Of a DNA stretch of 64,000 nt, positions 31,458 through 38,090 are shown piece by piece. The DNA is from a virus. Position 1 is the stretch's first letter. Each line of letters starts with the position of its first letter. Below the pieces are notes generated by a model. It had not been told where the DNA came from. It did not search any database and saw nothing but the letters and a program-made list of their open reading frames with translations. A program made the position numbers and the translations under genes. The stretch lies in IMG/VR virus record IMGVR_UViG_3300020473_000017, one strand, 5' to 3'.

Positions 31458-31606
31458 TATCTGCCCTGTCCTCTATATCTCTTCTTTGCACCATTACGAC
31501 TGGTAGCAGAGAACTTACTATGTTGACCTCTACCTTGTCTTGTCTTCTTGGGAATTGCTTCCGATTTAACAGTAGTACCGAAACCACCTGCTTTTGTTTT
31601 TGCCAT
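31457..31606 (-). CDS. 49-aa Lys/Arg/Gly-rich peptide
   Basis: Hand translation MAKTKAGGFGTTVKSEAIPKKTRQGRGQHSKFSATSRNGAKKRYRGQGR; fills the gap after PAAR, TAATG overlap with next gene. Confidence 0.75.
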   Translation of the reverse strand: MAKTKAGGFGTTVKSEAIPKKTRQGRGQHSKFSATSRNGAKKRYRGQGR

Positions 31607-31608
31607 AA

Positions 31609-31893
31609 TTAACCACCTGCGAATACGTTGGGTGAACCTTCAGCAACACTAGTACATGTTGCATCCCCTATTCTACCACATCCTTTGCCATTTACAAATA
31701 CGGTTGTACTTCCTGTTGTAATTGCTACTGCATGGGAAGGACATATAGGTGCTGGTAATAAGTGTGATGTATTAACGTCTCCTTGACGAGAGATAGGTAT
31801 GTTATTGCAGAAGACATCAGGAGATCCCTCTGCTCTGGTCATTCCAGAACAATGTGAAACGTCTGCATCGCCTATTCTAGTTACTGCTGGCAT
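31609..31893 (-). CDS. PAAR spike-tip protein (gp5.4-like)
   Basis: MPAVTRIGD, GSPDVF.N, GSTTVFVNG..GRIGD, GSPNVFAG with His/Cys ligands. Confidence 0.92.
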   Translation of the reverse strand: MPAVTRIGDADVSHCSGMTRAEGSPDVFCNNIPISRQGDVNTSHLLPAPICPSHAVAITTGSTTVFVNGKGCGRIGDATCTSVAEGSPNVFAGG

Positions 31894-32216
31894 TGTTCAC
31901 TACCTCCTTGAAAATCGTGAATACTTTCTGATCCACCTATTGCAAATGGATTGTACTTAGCAGTAGCGATCCTATACATCTTCTCATGCATAGTAACTAC
32001 TTCTGCTGCTCCCTTTTCAAATTCAGGAGTTGATTCATGACGAGAAGCATAGTTCTTTTCATGTTCTATATGGTCACTTTCATCAAACCAATCAGCAATC
32101 TCTTCTTCTGGTCTGGGGTTCTCTTCTAATTCTATCATCTTTTCAGGAGGTGCATATTTGTTATCACCATTCGCTACTGGCATACTATCATGTGGGTGTG
32201 GCTTAGAGTTTTTCAT
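31881..32216 (-). CDS. Hypothetical acidic protein
   Basis: 111-aa ORF overlapping both neighbours. Confidence 0.65.
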   Translation of the reverse strand: MKNSKPHPHDSMPVANGDNKYAPPEKMIELEENPRPEEEIADWFDESDHIEHEKNYASRHESTPEFEKGAAEVVTMHEKMYRIATAKYNPFAIGGSESIHDFQGGSEQCQQ

Positions 32217-32419
32217 TTAGTTTCTCTAGTCATCAATTCCATTAGGTAGTCCGTATACTTGGACATCTCTGAATGTTGCTCTTCCGTATGTGGGGGTTCT
32301 GGAGCAACAGGGGCAAACTTAATAAGATGATCAAACGAGGCAGGTAGGTCTCCTGCTCTGTTATGCCTTATCAGTTCTCCGTTAACCTTAACAATGAATT
32401 CCCCTTCCAAATCTTCCAT
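32213..32419 (-). CDS. Hypothetical protein (FDHLIKF.P..PEPPHT.EQH motif)
   Basis: 68-aa ORF; late-promoter variant CTAAATA at 32442-32448 just upstream. Confidence 0.7.
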   Translation of the reverse strand: MEDLEGEFIVKVNGELIRHNRAGDLPASFDHLIKFAPVAPEPPHTEEQHSEMSKYTDYLMELMTRETK

Positions 32420-32475
32420 AGATCTTCTTTCCGTTGAATCCTATTTAGAGACCACGGCGCGATTTTCGCGGATTT

Positions 32476-32589
32476 TTAACGCGATTTTTTAATCTCTAAG
32501 GATTTCTCCCACTCACTAATGAGTAGTACAAGCTCAGAGATTCTCGCCTGTGCATTCTTTATCTTTTCCTCTAAGTGATTAGTACTCAT
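32476..32589 (-). CDS. 37-aa hypothetical peptide
   Basis: MSTNHLEEKIKNAQARISELVLLISEWEKSLEIKKSR, ATGA overlap with the upstream ORF. Confidence 0.5.
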   Translation of the reverse strand: MSTNHLEEKIKNAQARISELVLLISEWEKSLEIKKSR

Positions 32590-32861
32590 GTCGGAATAGG
32601 CTTACCACCTTCATTCAAAGGTAGGCAAGGTGCAGGTGCAGGTTCTTCATTATGGGCACCAGATTGTGTCCATGCCTCTGAGACTGGTCCTTGCTCAATC
32701 TCTTGATTGATGTTTCTAATTTGTTTCTCATGATCACACACAACATCGACGAGTTTCTCATACTCAGATGTTTCTGTCCTCCGCATCATTAGAAGACTGT
32801 TCGAGACCTTATGTTCGAGTGCTGTGATTCTTTCGAGAAGTTCTTCGTTTGATAAACTCAT
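32586..32861 (-). CDS. Hypothetical coiled-coil protein
   Basis: 91-aa ORF. Confidence 0.65.
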   Translation of the reverse strand: MSLSNEELLERITALEHKVSNSLLMMRRTETSEYEKLVDVVCDHEKQIRNINQEIEQGPVSEAWTQSGAHNEEPAPAPCLPLNEGGKPIPT

Positions 32862-32899
32862 AATTTTTGATTAACCTGTGTTATGGGTGTCAATGGTAT

Positions 32900-33100
32900 T
32901 TACCCAAGTTTCTCCTTTGCGAGGAACCTTTCTTGCAAGTCATAGTTTAATCTCCAATTCTCTGTATTAACCCAATAACCAATGATTCCTTGACCATCAC
33001 AGTTATATCCGTAACCTGTCACACGTTCTCTACATCCGTCAAGGTCGAAAGTCTTACCGCTGGTAAGATAGTCGTGGTACTTAGCGTCTAGTGTGATCAT
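32900..33100 (-). CDS. Hypothetical protein
   Basis: 66-aa ORF downstream of a consensus sigma70 promoter. Confidence 0.7.
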   Translation of the reverse strand: MITLDAKYHDYLTSGKTFDLDGCRERVTGYGYNCDGQGIIGYWVNTENWRLNYDLQERFLAKEKLG

Positions 33101-33137
33101 TGGCTCAGAGAAGGGAGGGTGTCATTTATATATGTAC

Positions 33138-33166
33138 ATTATACCGAAACCCTCACATAAAGTCAA
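33138..33166 (-). promoter_or_regulatory. Sigma70-type early promoter TTGACT-N17-TATAAT
   Basis: Near-perfect consensus, 17-bp spacer. Confidence 0.8.
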
Positions 33167-33322
33167 GGGGCACTTCACAGTTTTTACAAATTCTTAAGGG
33201 TACCTTTATATTTGAAAGGGTCTGGGGGATTTTTTGGGAAAATTTTTTATTTTGTTTCACGCTCGCTCATGCAAGACTTTATAGCTTGGATTGCGTATGG
33301 ATGTTAAGCTATGGGGGGCATG

Positions 33323-33344
33323 AAAAAACCCCCACTAGGGGGGT
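33323..33344 (-). terminator. Intrinsic terminator
   Basis: C/G stem followed by U6 on the minus strand, just after ORF 33353-33511. Confidence 0.7.
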
Positions 33345-33352
33345 AGTGCCAT

Positions 33353-33511
33353 TTAGCGGATGTGCGGCGGTGCAATTTCGGCACGCCATCCTAGATTCAT
33401 GAAATCCTCGACTGTTTGGATCGCTTGCTCATAGGTTGAGACTGAGATAAGTCTTGCCCGTTGTGGTTCACGATTTGTCCAGTAGCGGATGCAGTTGCTT
33501 GAGGATCGCAT
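33353..33511 (-). CDS. 52-aa hypothetical early protein
   Basis: MRSSSNCIRYWTNREPQRARLISQSTYEQAIQTVEDFMNLGWRAEIAPPHIR (hand translation). Confidence 0.6.
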   Translation of the reverse strand: MRSSSNCIRYWTNREPQRARLISVSTYEQAIQTVEDFMNLGWRAEIAPPHIR

Positions 33512-33566
33512 AGGAAATAGTAACGAATGAAGGGGTCAGAAGTGAGAAGGTCGTAGGTTGATGAAT

Positions 33567-33719
33567 TCATCGAGTGTAAACTGTGGTTACTGAAACAATG
33601 GGATGACCTGAGTAGTTCGGTCTAAAGATGATGGGGTCGAATGCCCTAGCAATGCGATCAAAGAAGAGATAGGATTTGTCCTCCCATTTCTTGTAAGCAT
33701 TCCATTTCTTGTTAGGCAT
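33567..33719 (-). CDS. 50-aa hypothetical early protein
   Basis: Likely start MPNKKWNAY; the upstream extension in the track is an intergenic repeat. Confidence 0.5.
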   Translation of the reverse strand: MPNKKWNAYKKWEDKSYLFFDRIARAFDPIIFRPNYSGHPIVSVTTVYTR

Positions 33720-33808
33720 GAAGTGCGGGGAGTTGATGCGATTGGTTGGTGGATTCAATTTCCCAAGATCAGAAGGGGTCGAAGTGAAGGTCAGTTTCCA
33801 AGATGAAT

Positions 33809-33994
33809 TCATGCGTTGACTTCCATCCATTTGAACTCAGCATCCGTGCCACATCTCCATATTGTCATTGCCTCCATTTGGTCAGTTGCCCAAGAGAGTG
33901 CAATGTCTTGGATGCGGTCGAAGTCAGAACCGAACTCTGCATTTGCTTTGAGTTCGTTACCCCATGATGAGGGTTGGACTGCCCATGATGTCAT
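33809..33994 (-). CDS. Hypothetical early protein
   Basis: 61-aa ORF, Trp-rich and acidic. Confidence 0.65.
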   Translation of the reverse strand: MTSWAVQPSSWGNELKANAEFGSDFDRIQDIALSWATDQMEAMTIWRCGTDAEFKWMEVNA

Positions 33995-34037
33995 AATAGA
34001 AAAACCTGTTGTGAAAATTGGATTAGGGAAAAGCGAT

Positions 34038-34220
34038 CTAGTGACGATCGCTTATATTCCATGTGCCTGTAGGATGTGATCTGAAAGTGAAATCATCCTC
34101 GGCGAGTTTGGTCAACGCTGCCATGACCGCTTTGTCTTTGATTGCGTTCTCGTTCATAAGAACAGCACCGCCGAACATAGGGCGAAGGTCAGAGTTGAAC
34201 ATTGGTTGTTTGTTTGACAT
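34038..34220 (-). CDS. Hypothetical early protein
   Basis: 60-aa ORF; extended -10 TGCTATAAT ends 6 nt before the ATG (likely leaderless mRNA). Confidence 0.65.
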   Translation of the reverse strand: MSNKQPMFNSDLRPMFGGAVLMNENAIKDKAVMAALTKLAEDDFTFRSHPTGTWNISDRH

Positions 34221-34351
34221 GTCCTAATTATAGCAGATGAGAATGAGAGGGAAACGGTCGGCGGCGAAGTCTTAACAATCTGTTGTAAAAAATCCAGCCG
34301 CCCGACTAGTACACCTATACTATTTCCTCAAGAGCACAAATAAGGAAAACT

Positions 34352-34383
34352 AAAACACCCTGAGCGATTTTGCCTAGGGTGTT
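34352..34383 (-). terminator. Probable intrinsic terminator
   Basis: AACACCCT...AGGGTGTT stem followed by a short U-run. Confidence 0.5.
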
Positions 34384-34415
34384 CTTGGACTTCTTGGGGA
34401 CGGATTTGGAAGGGG

Positions 34416-34730
34416 TCACGTAAATACAAGATCAGAGAGCGACGTGGTAGAATAGAGAATGCAGTCTTGGCGAAACTGAATTTTGTAACGTTGCCCGACC
34501 TCCTGAAGATTCTTAATCAGTTGGTCGGACCCCGCTGCCCGTTCATCCACAGTAATTGAAATTGTCATGCATTCCTCCAAGGTGCCTTTGTAAATTCCTA
34601 CCCCTTCCGTGATCGTTGCGAAATCCAAAAGAGAGCAAACCTCATCTTTTAAAAACTGATTCCACATTTGGCGAGTCACGGTGCCTGAGTTTGGAATGTT
34701 GCGACCTAGGGTGATGCTGTGGGTTTGCAT
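34416..34730 (-). CDS. DUF3574-like protein (P-II-like fold)
   Basis: LGRNIP..G.V....W..FL..EV......TI.EG.G.YKG..E...YK.QFRQD. Confidence 0.65.
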   Translation of the reverse strand: MQTHSITLGRNIPNSGTVTRQMWNQFLKDEVCSLLDFATITEGVGIYKGTLEECMTISITVDERAAGSDQLIKNLQEVGQRYKIQFRQDCILYSTTSLSDLVFT

Positions 34731-34792
34731 AAAGCAGAAATCCTCTTGACTGCTTTAATTGTACACCCTGCGCCGACGATATCCATACAGAC

Positions 34793-34816
34793 TGTGCCAC
34801 TAATCCAACTGGTCAG
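34793..34816 (-). promoter_or_regulatory. Palindromic two-box early-promoter operator
   Basis: TGTGCCACTA-ATCC-AACTGGTCAG, 29 bp from TACAAT (34758-34763). Confidence 0.7.
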
Positions 34817-34918
34817 GGCAGCCGTTTTTTTGTTTCATTATGTTACGTGTTTGGGGATAGGGGCAAACTGTCAAGCGATCGCATGTATAATATGGGAGTA
34901 CCAAACGCCAGCATCCAA

Positions 34919-35266
34919 ATGCCAGCATCCGCTAAGTCTGCAACCGTCTCAACTGCTAAAGCAAAACCAGCACGCAAGACCAGAGCACGCAAAGCAAACA
35001 GTCCCGTCAAACCCGTTGCTCCACGCACACGCAAAGCGGCGACCCCTCAACCAGAAATGATCGAGGTCAAACTTCCAGAGGCAAACAAAACCCCTTTGAA
35101 AAAAAGACCTATGAGAGTTGAAACGGTTGAGTTGAAATCCATCCTTAAGGATTACCCCCGTGATGGATTTGCCCTCGCTCTGCTTCCCGTTCTACTCTTG
35201 GAAGCGTTAGCGAAAGAAATTCTCCCAGTCCTCGGACAAATCAAAGTTCCCGTGAGATTTGGATAA
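34919..35266 (+). CDS. Protein with H1-like K/R/A/P-rich N-terminus and hydrophobic C-terminal helix
   Basis: MPASAKSATVSTAKAKPARKTRARKA...GFALALLPVLLLEAL; TGTATAAT at 34884-34891 upstream; terminator downstream. Confidence 0.7.
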   Translation: MPASAKSATVSTAKAKPARKTRARKANSPVKPVAPRTRKAATPQPEMIEVKLPEANKTPLKKRPMRVETVELKSILKDYPRDGFALALLPVLLLEALAKEILPVLGQIKVPVRFG

Positions 35267-35273
35267 ACGACCC

Positions 35274-35297
35274 GACCCCGAAAGGGGTCTTTTTTTT
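35274..35297 (+). terminator. Intrinsic terminator
   Basis: GACCCC-GAAA-GGGGTC-T8. Confidence 0.9.
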
Positions 35298-35308
35298 GGG
35301 CGGCCGGA

Positions 35309-35367
35309 AAATCCAGTTGAGAAACTGTCACACGCTCTCCCCCATAGGGTCGGATTTGCTCTATACT
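35309..35367 (+). promoter_or_regulatory. Two-box operator plus -10 (TATACT)
   Basis: AAATCCAGTT-GAGA-AACTGTCACA, 29 bp, TATACT. Confidence 0.7.
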
Positions 35368-35396
35368 TAGAAAGTCAACAAAGCGATTTCATTTTA

Positions 35397-35654
35397 ATGA
35401 TCCTCAGACAACTCGGTTCAAATCAGACCGAACTTTCTTTGAATAACGGAACCTCGTTATTTTTCTCTTACGAGACTCCCGTTGCTGGATTTTCTCCTGA
35501 CTTGGGTTGGTTCAAAACTTCAACCTATTATTCACGGACGACCTCCAAGCACATCAACCAATATTTCAAGCACGCTGACAAAGACAAAATCCGAATTGTT
35601 TCAGATGATGTCATTTCAGAAATGTGCCATCCAGACGATCGCATAAAGGTGTAG
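35397..35654 (+). CDS. Phage early protein (FSY.TPVA...YS.TT.KH.N motif)
   Basis: MILRQLGSNQTELSLNNGTSLFFSYETPVAG...YSRTTSKHINQY; start placed downstream of the promoter. Confidence 0.8.
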   Translation: MILRQLGSNQTELSLNNGTSLFFSYETPVAGFSPDLGWFKTSTYYSRTTSKHINQYFKHADKDKIRIVSDDVISEMCHPDDRIKV

Positions 35655-35663
35655 AATACGGAC

Positions 35664-35819
35664 ATGCGAAACATCCAGATCACCGAAGCAGAAGAAACCG
35701 TCCTCGTTCAGATGGCGTGTTTCTTCTCTGACCTCGGATCCCCTGACGAATTCGATCAGGACGCTTTCAATTCTCTCTTTGAGAAAATCACCGAACCTTC
35801 ACCTTTTGATTATGTCTGA
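35664..35819 (+). CDS. 51-aa acidic hypothetical protein
   Basis: MRNIQITEAEETVLVQMACFFSDLGSPDEFDQDAFNSLFEKITEPSPFDYV. Confidence 0.65.
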   Translation: MRNIQITEAEETVLVQMACFFSDLGSPDEFDQDAFNSLFEKITEPSPFDYV

Positions 35820-35952
35820 TTCAGTCTACCTCGAAGATCTAGCAGAAGCAATCTTCGACCAAATCGTCACCGAGAATTTCAAAGACCTCACCTCAGCAGA
35901 AGAGGCACTCGTCTACGAAATTGCTTGCGATCGAGCATATCAGGGAGTCTAG
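35812..35952 (+). CDS. 46-aa acidic hypothetical protein
   Basis: MSDSVYLEDLAEAIFDQIVTENFKDLTSAEEALVYEIACDRAYQGV. Confidence 0.6.
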   Translation: MSDSVYLEDLAEAIFDQIVTENFKDLTSAEEALVYEIACDRAYQGV

Positions 35953-35965
35953 CACTCCCTTTTTT
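35942..35965 (+). terminator. Intrinsic terminator
   Basis: AGGGAGT-CTAGC-ACTCCCT followed by a T-run. Confidence 0.7.
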
Positions 35966-35969
35966 CCTG

Positions 35970-36031
35970 AGAGGTCATCTAGTCAAACCTGACATTCTTT
36001 TTAGATCTCGTCAAACCTGACATTGACCTCT
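35970..36031 (+). repeat. Twin-hairpin element: two 20-nt direct repeats inside an 8-bp closing stem
   Basis: ATCT[A/C]GTCAAACCTGACATT at 35977 and 36005; AGAGGTCA...TGACCTCT. Confidence 0.75.
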
Positions 36032-36063
36032 ATTCTTTTTACTCCTTTACTTCAACGAACATC

Positions 36064-36561
36064 ATGCCAAATTGGTGCAACAACAGACTAACCGTTTCAG
36101 GTGACGACACCGAACAGGTCGCAAAGGTCAAATCCTTTTTTGAAAATGGCGAACCGTTCAACCAAATTTTCCCATCCCCTAAGTGGCAAGAAATTCCACT
36201 CGCTGAAAACGATCTTGAATATCTTGGTCGCAAGCGTGGCGAGGTTGGAGAGTTGCCAGTCTTTAAAGAGTACAAGAACCCAGACGGTCGGGTCGTGCAC
36301 TCTGGATATGAATTTCCTTCGACTGGGGTGCAAGACGATCGCTGGTATAATTGGCAAGTTGCCAACTGGGACACTAAATGGGACATTGGCAAGGATCATG
36401 TAGAGTGGGGTGATGAGGATGACAATTTCTTCATTTGCCATTTTGACACGGCATGGTCGCCACCCGAAGGGGTCATTCACAAACTCCGAGAGGATTTCCC
36501 AGACCTTTGCATCACATTATTTTATGATGAACCAGGAATGGAAATTGCGGGGTACGTTTAA
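36064..36561 (+). CDS. DUF1281/YubB (Api92-like) ferredoxin-like domain protein
   Basis: MPNWCNNRLTVSG, WYNWQVANWDTKWD, FDTAWSPP, YDEPGM..AG. Confidence 0.85.
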   Translation: MPNWCNNRLTVSGDDTEQVAKVKSFFENGEPFNQIFPSPKWQEIPLAENDLEYLGRKRGEVGELPVFKEYKNPDGRVVHSGYEFPSTGVQDDRWYNWQVANWDTKWDIGKDHVEWGDEDDNFFICHFDTAWSPPEGVIHKLREDFPDLCITLFYDEPGMEIAGYV

Positions 36562-36567
36562 TTAAAT

Positions 36568-36685
36568 TGGGGCATCACCTGCAGTAACTGATTGCCGATC
36601 CCTGAGACTGTAAACCGCCCGAAGCGTATGCTGTTGCGTTGGTCAGACATCTCGGAATCATCTGCAGTAATTGAGTAAGTCCCCA
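36568..36685 (+). ncRNA. Candidate structured ncRNA with duplicated ATCAYCTGCAGTAAYTGA motif
   Basis: TGGGG/CCCCA closing stem; repeats at 36574 and 36657; inner GATTGCCGA/TCGGAATC helix; intergenic. Confidence 0.55.
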
Positions 36686-36703
36686 TACAAAAAAAGGCGG
36701 CCG

Positions 36704-36762
36704 GAATCCAATCTACAAACTGTCACAAAGAATGTGGAATGCGTCCCAAAATCGTGTATTAT
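36704..36762 (+). promoter_or_regulatory. Two-box operator plus -10 (TATTAT)
   Basis: GAATCCAATC-TACA-AACTGTCACA, 29 bp, TATTAT, ATG 6 nt later. Confidence 0.7.
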
Positions 36763-36768
36763 ACGTAT

Positions 36769-36951
36769 ATGGAAATCAACGACCAATTTCAGATCTCTCT
36801 CACCTCAGCACAATACGGTTTGCTGACTGACATTTTCAGTTCACTCGCTGATCTGGATTTGCCACCCGCTGAGGATCCTGAATTCGACCAACTCTGGGAT
36901 CAGGTCATAAACGCCGATCACCAAATTCACTTCAACGAGGACAAATCATGA
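36769..36951 (+). CDS. 60-aa acidic hypothetical protein
   Basis: MEINDQFQISLTSAQYGLLTDIFSSLADLDLPPAEDPEFDQLWDQV... Confidence 0.65.
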   Translation: MEINDQFQISLTSAQYGLLTDIFSSLADLDLPPAEDPEFDQLWDQVINADHQIHFNEDKS

Positions 36952-37115
36952 GCACGATCTCTGAATTCTACGGCGGTCTCTTGGATAAGGGTTACACTGA
37001 GCGAGAAATTCGCGAGAGTGCCCAGAAACATTCCCAACGGGTCGCGCCAGAATGGTTCAACGGGACGTACTCCGAATATCTAGATCACATGCACGATTTT
37101 CTAAATGGCATGTAA
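36948..37115 (+). CDS. 55-aa hypothetical protein
   Basis: MSTISEFYGGLLDKGYTEREIRESAQKH...; ATGA overlap. Confidence 0.6.
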   Translation: MSTISEFYGGLLDKGYTEREIRESAQKHSQRVAPEWFNGTYSEYLDHMHDFLNGM

Positions 37116-37260
37116 TCAATTTTCGGATCTGCAAGAATATCAATTTTTGCACGACACCCTAGGCAAGATTTTAGTCAAGGAAGACAACTTGCCCGATGCC
37201 ATAAAAAAAGTGCCGCGATCTGCAATCCTAATTGCAGTCAACGGCGACCCCCGCTTCTAG
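37105..37260 (+). CDS. 51-aa hypothetical protein
   Basis: MACNQFSDLQEYQFLHDTLGKILVKED...; ends inside the terminator. Confidence 0.45.
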   Translation: MACNQFSDLQEYQFLHDTLGKILVKEDNLPDAIKKVPRSAILIAVNGDPRF

Positions 37261-37272
37261 GGGGTCTTTTTT
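37246..37272 (+). terminator. Intrinsic terminator ending the plus-strand block
   Basis: GACCCCC...GGGGGTC-T6. Confidence 0.8.
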
Positions 37273-37316
37273 ATGATCATGGGCGGCCGACAAAAATCCA
37301 GCTGCCCGTGGACAAT

Positions 37317-37508
37317 TTACAAACTGTCACAGGGTACGTAATAACATAATCCTTCTGTGAGATAATATTTACATATCTGCTCAAACTCTGGGTACCTCAG
37401 ATGCTGATCTGTGTCCAGCAATCCCTGAACTAAATCTATGCTCTCCTTCCAATCTAGACCCGATTCTTTATACTTAGTGATTAATCTCTCTATACTATTC
37501 ATAATCAT
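37317..37508 (-). CDS. Hypothetical protein
   Basis: 63-aa ORF. Confidence 0.6.
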   Translation of the reverse strand: MIMNSIERLITKYKESGLDWKESIDLVQGLLDTDQHLRYPEFEQICKYYLTEGLCYYVPCDSL

Positions 37509-37665
37509 CCTCCAGGTACTGTGAGTCTAATCTTATCCTCTTATTATTACTTATCATGTCTAAGTAGCCACTATTGGCTAAATCTTCAAATTCTTCTAAT
37601 TCCTTCTTTTTTTGGCTAAATGATCCTTTTTTGCGGGTATTGCGATAATCCCATGACTTTGCCAT
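37495..37665 (-). CDS. 56-aa charged hypothetical protein
   Basis: MAKSWDYRNTRKKGSFSQKKKELEEFEDLANSGYL... (hand translation). Confidence 0.55.
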   Translation of the reverse strand: MAKSWDYRNTRKKGSFSQKKKELEEFEDLANSGYLDMISNNKRIRLDSQYLEDDYE

Positions 37666-37690
37666 TTTTCGTTCCTTTTGTAGAGTTTTA

Positions 37691-37945
37691 CTAAACTTGG
37701 GGCTTTTGAACTAAATCGCCACTTTTCAAAGAATCATTGTAAAACCTTCCAAGTGACAAGGAAGTAGGATCTTCAACAAAACCTTCGAGCTTGGCTAAAA
37801 GAGTTTTGTTTGCGGGTTTCCACTCATACTCATAGGTTTTCTCATTCCCTGAGAAGTTGATGAATACCTTGGAACTCTGCACGACTATCTTGTCGATTGC
37901 AGAACTCAACTCGGCGATCTCAAATGTGTGCTTTTTGGCTGCCAC
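37691..37945 (-). CDS. KTSC-like domain protein
   Basis: SSAIDKIVV....FINF....TYEY.....SLGRFYNDSLK resembles the KTSC pattern; GTG start. Confidence 0.55.
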   Translation of the reverse strand: MAAKKHTFEIAELSSAIDKIVVQSSKVFINFSGNEKTYEYEWKPANKTLLAKLEGFVEDPTSLSLGRFYNDSLKSGDLVQKPQV

Positions 37946-37971
37946 GTTCTTTTTGGTTATCTACATTAGTA

Positions 37972-38000
37972 ATTATAATCGATCTCGCCTCTACTGTCAA
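37972..38000 (-). promoter_or_regulatory. Perfect sigma70 promoter TTGACA-N17-TATAAT
   Basis: Exact consensus; operator copy at 38009-38032 upstream. Confidence 0.9.
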
Positions 38001-38008
38001 CCAACCTC

Positions 38009-38090
38009 TGAGCCACTTCGAGAACTGTCACAAAACCGCTTGACAAACTGGCACACTGCGGGCTTAGACCACAAAACACTCTGATAGAAT
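38009..38090. promoter_or_regulatory. Tandem operators serving divergent promoters; plus-strand -10 TAGAAT has no ORF downstream
   Basis: TGAGCCACTT-CGAG-AACTGTCACA (38009), AAAACCGCTT-GACA-AACTGGCACA (38032), 29 bp, TAGAAT (38085). Confidence 0.6.

Noticed and set aside
33100-33402. 100-aa plus-strand ORF
   Set aside because: TTG start; spans a minus-strand promoter, homopolymer tracts and a terminator
36039-36480. Three ORFs overlapping the DUF1281 gene
   Set aside because: Only 36064-36561 carries family motifs
35970-36685. Short direct repeats as a mini-CRISPR array
   Set aside because: Only two copies each, spacers of 8 and 65 nt, no cas genes
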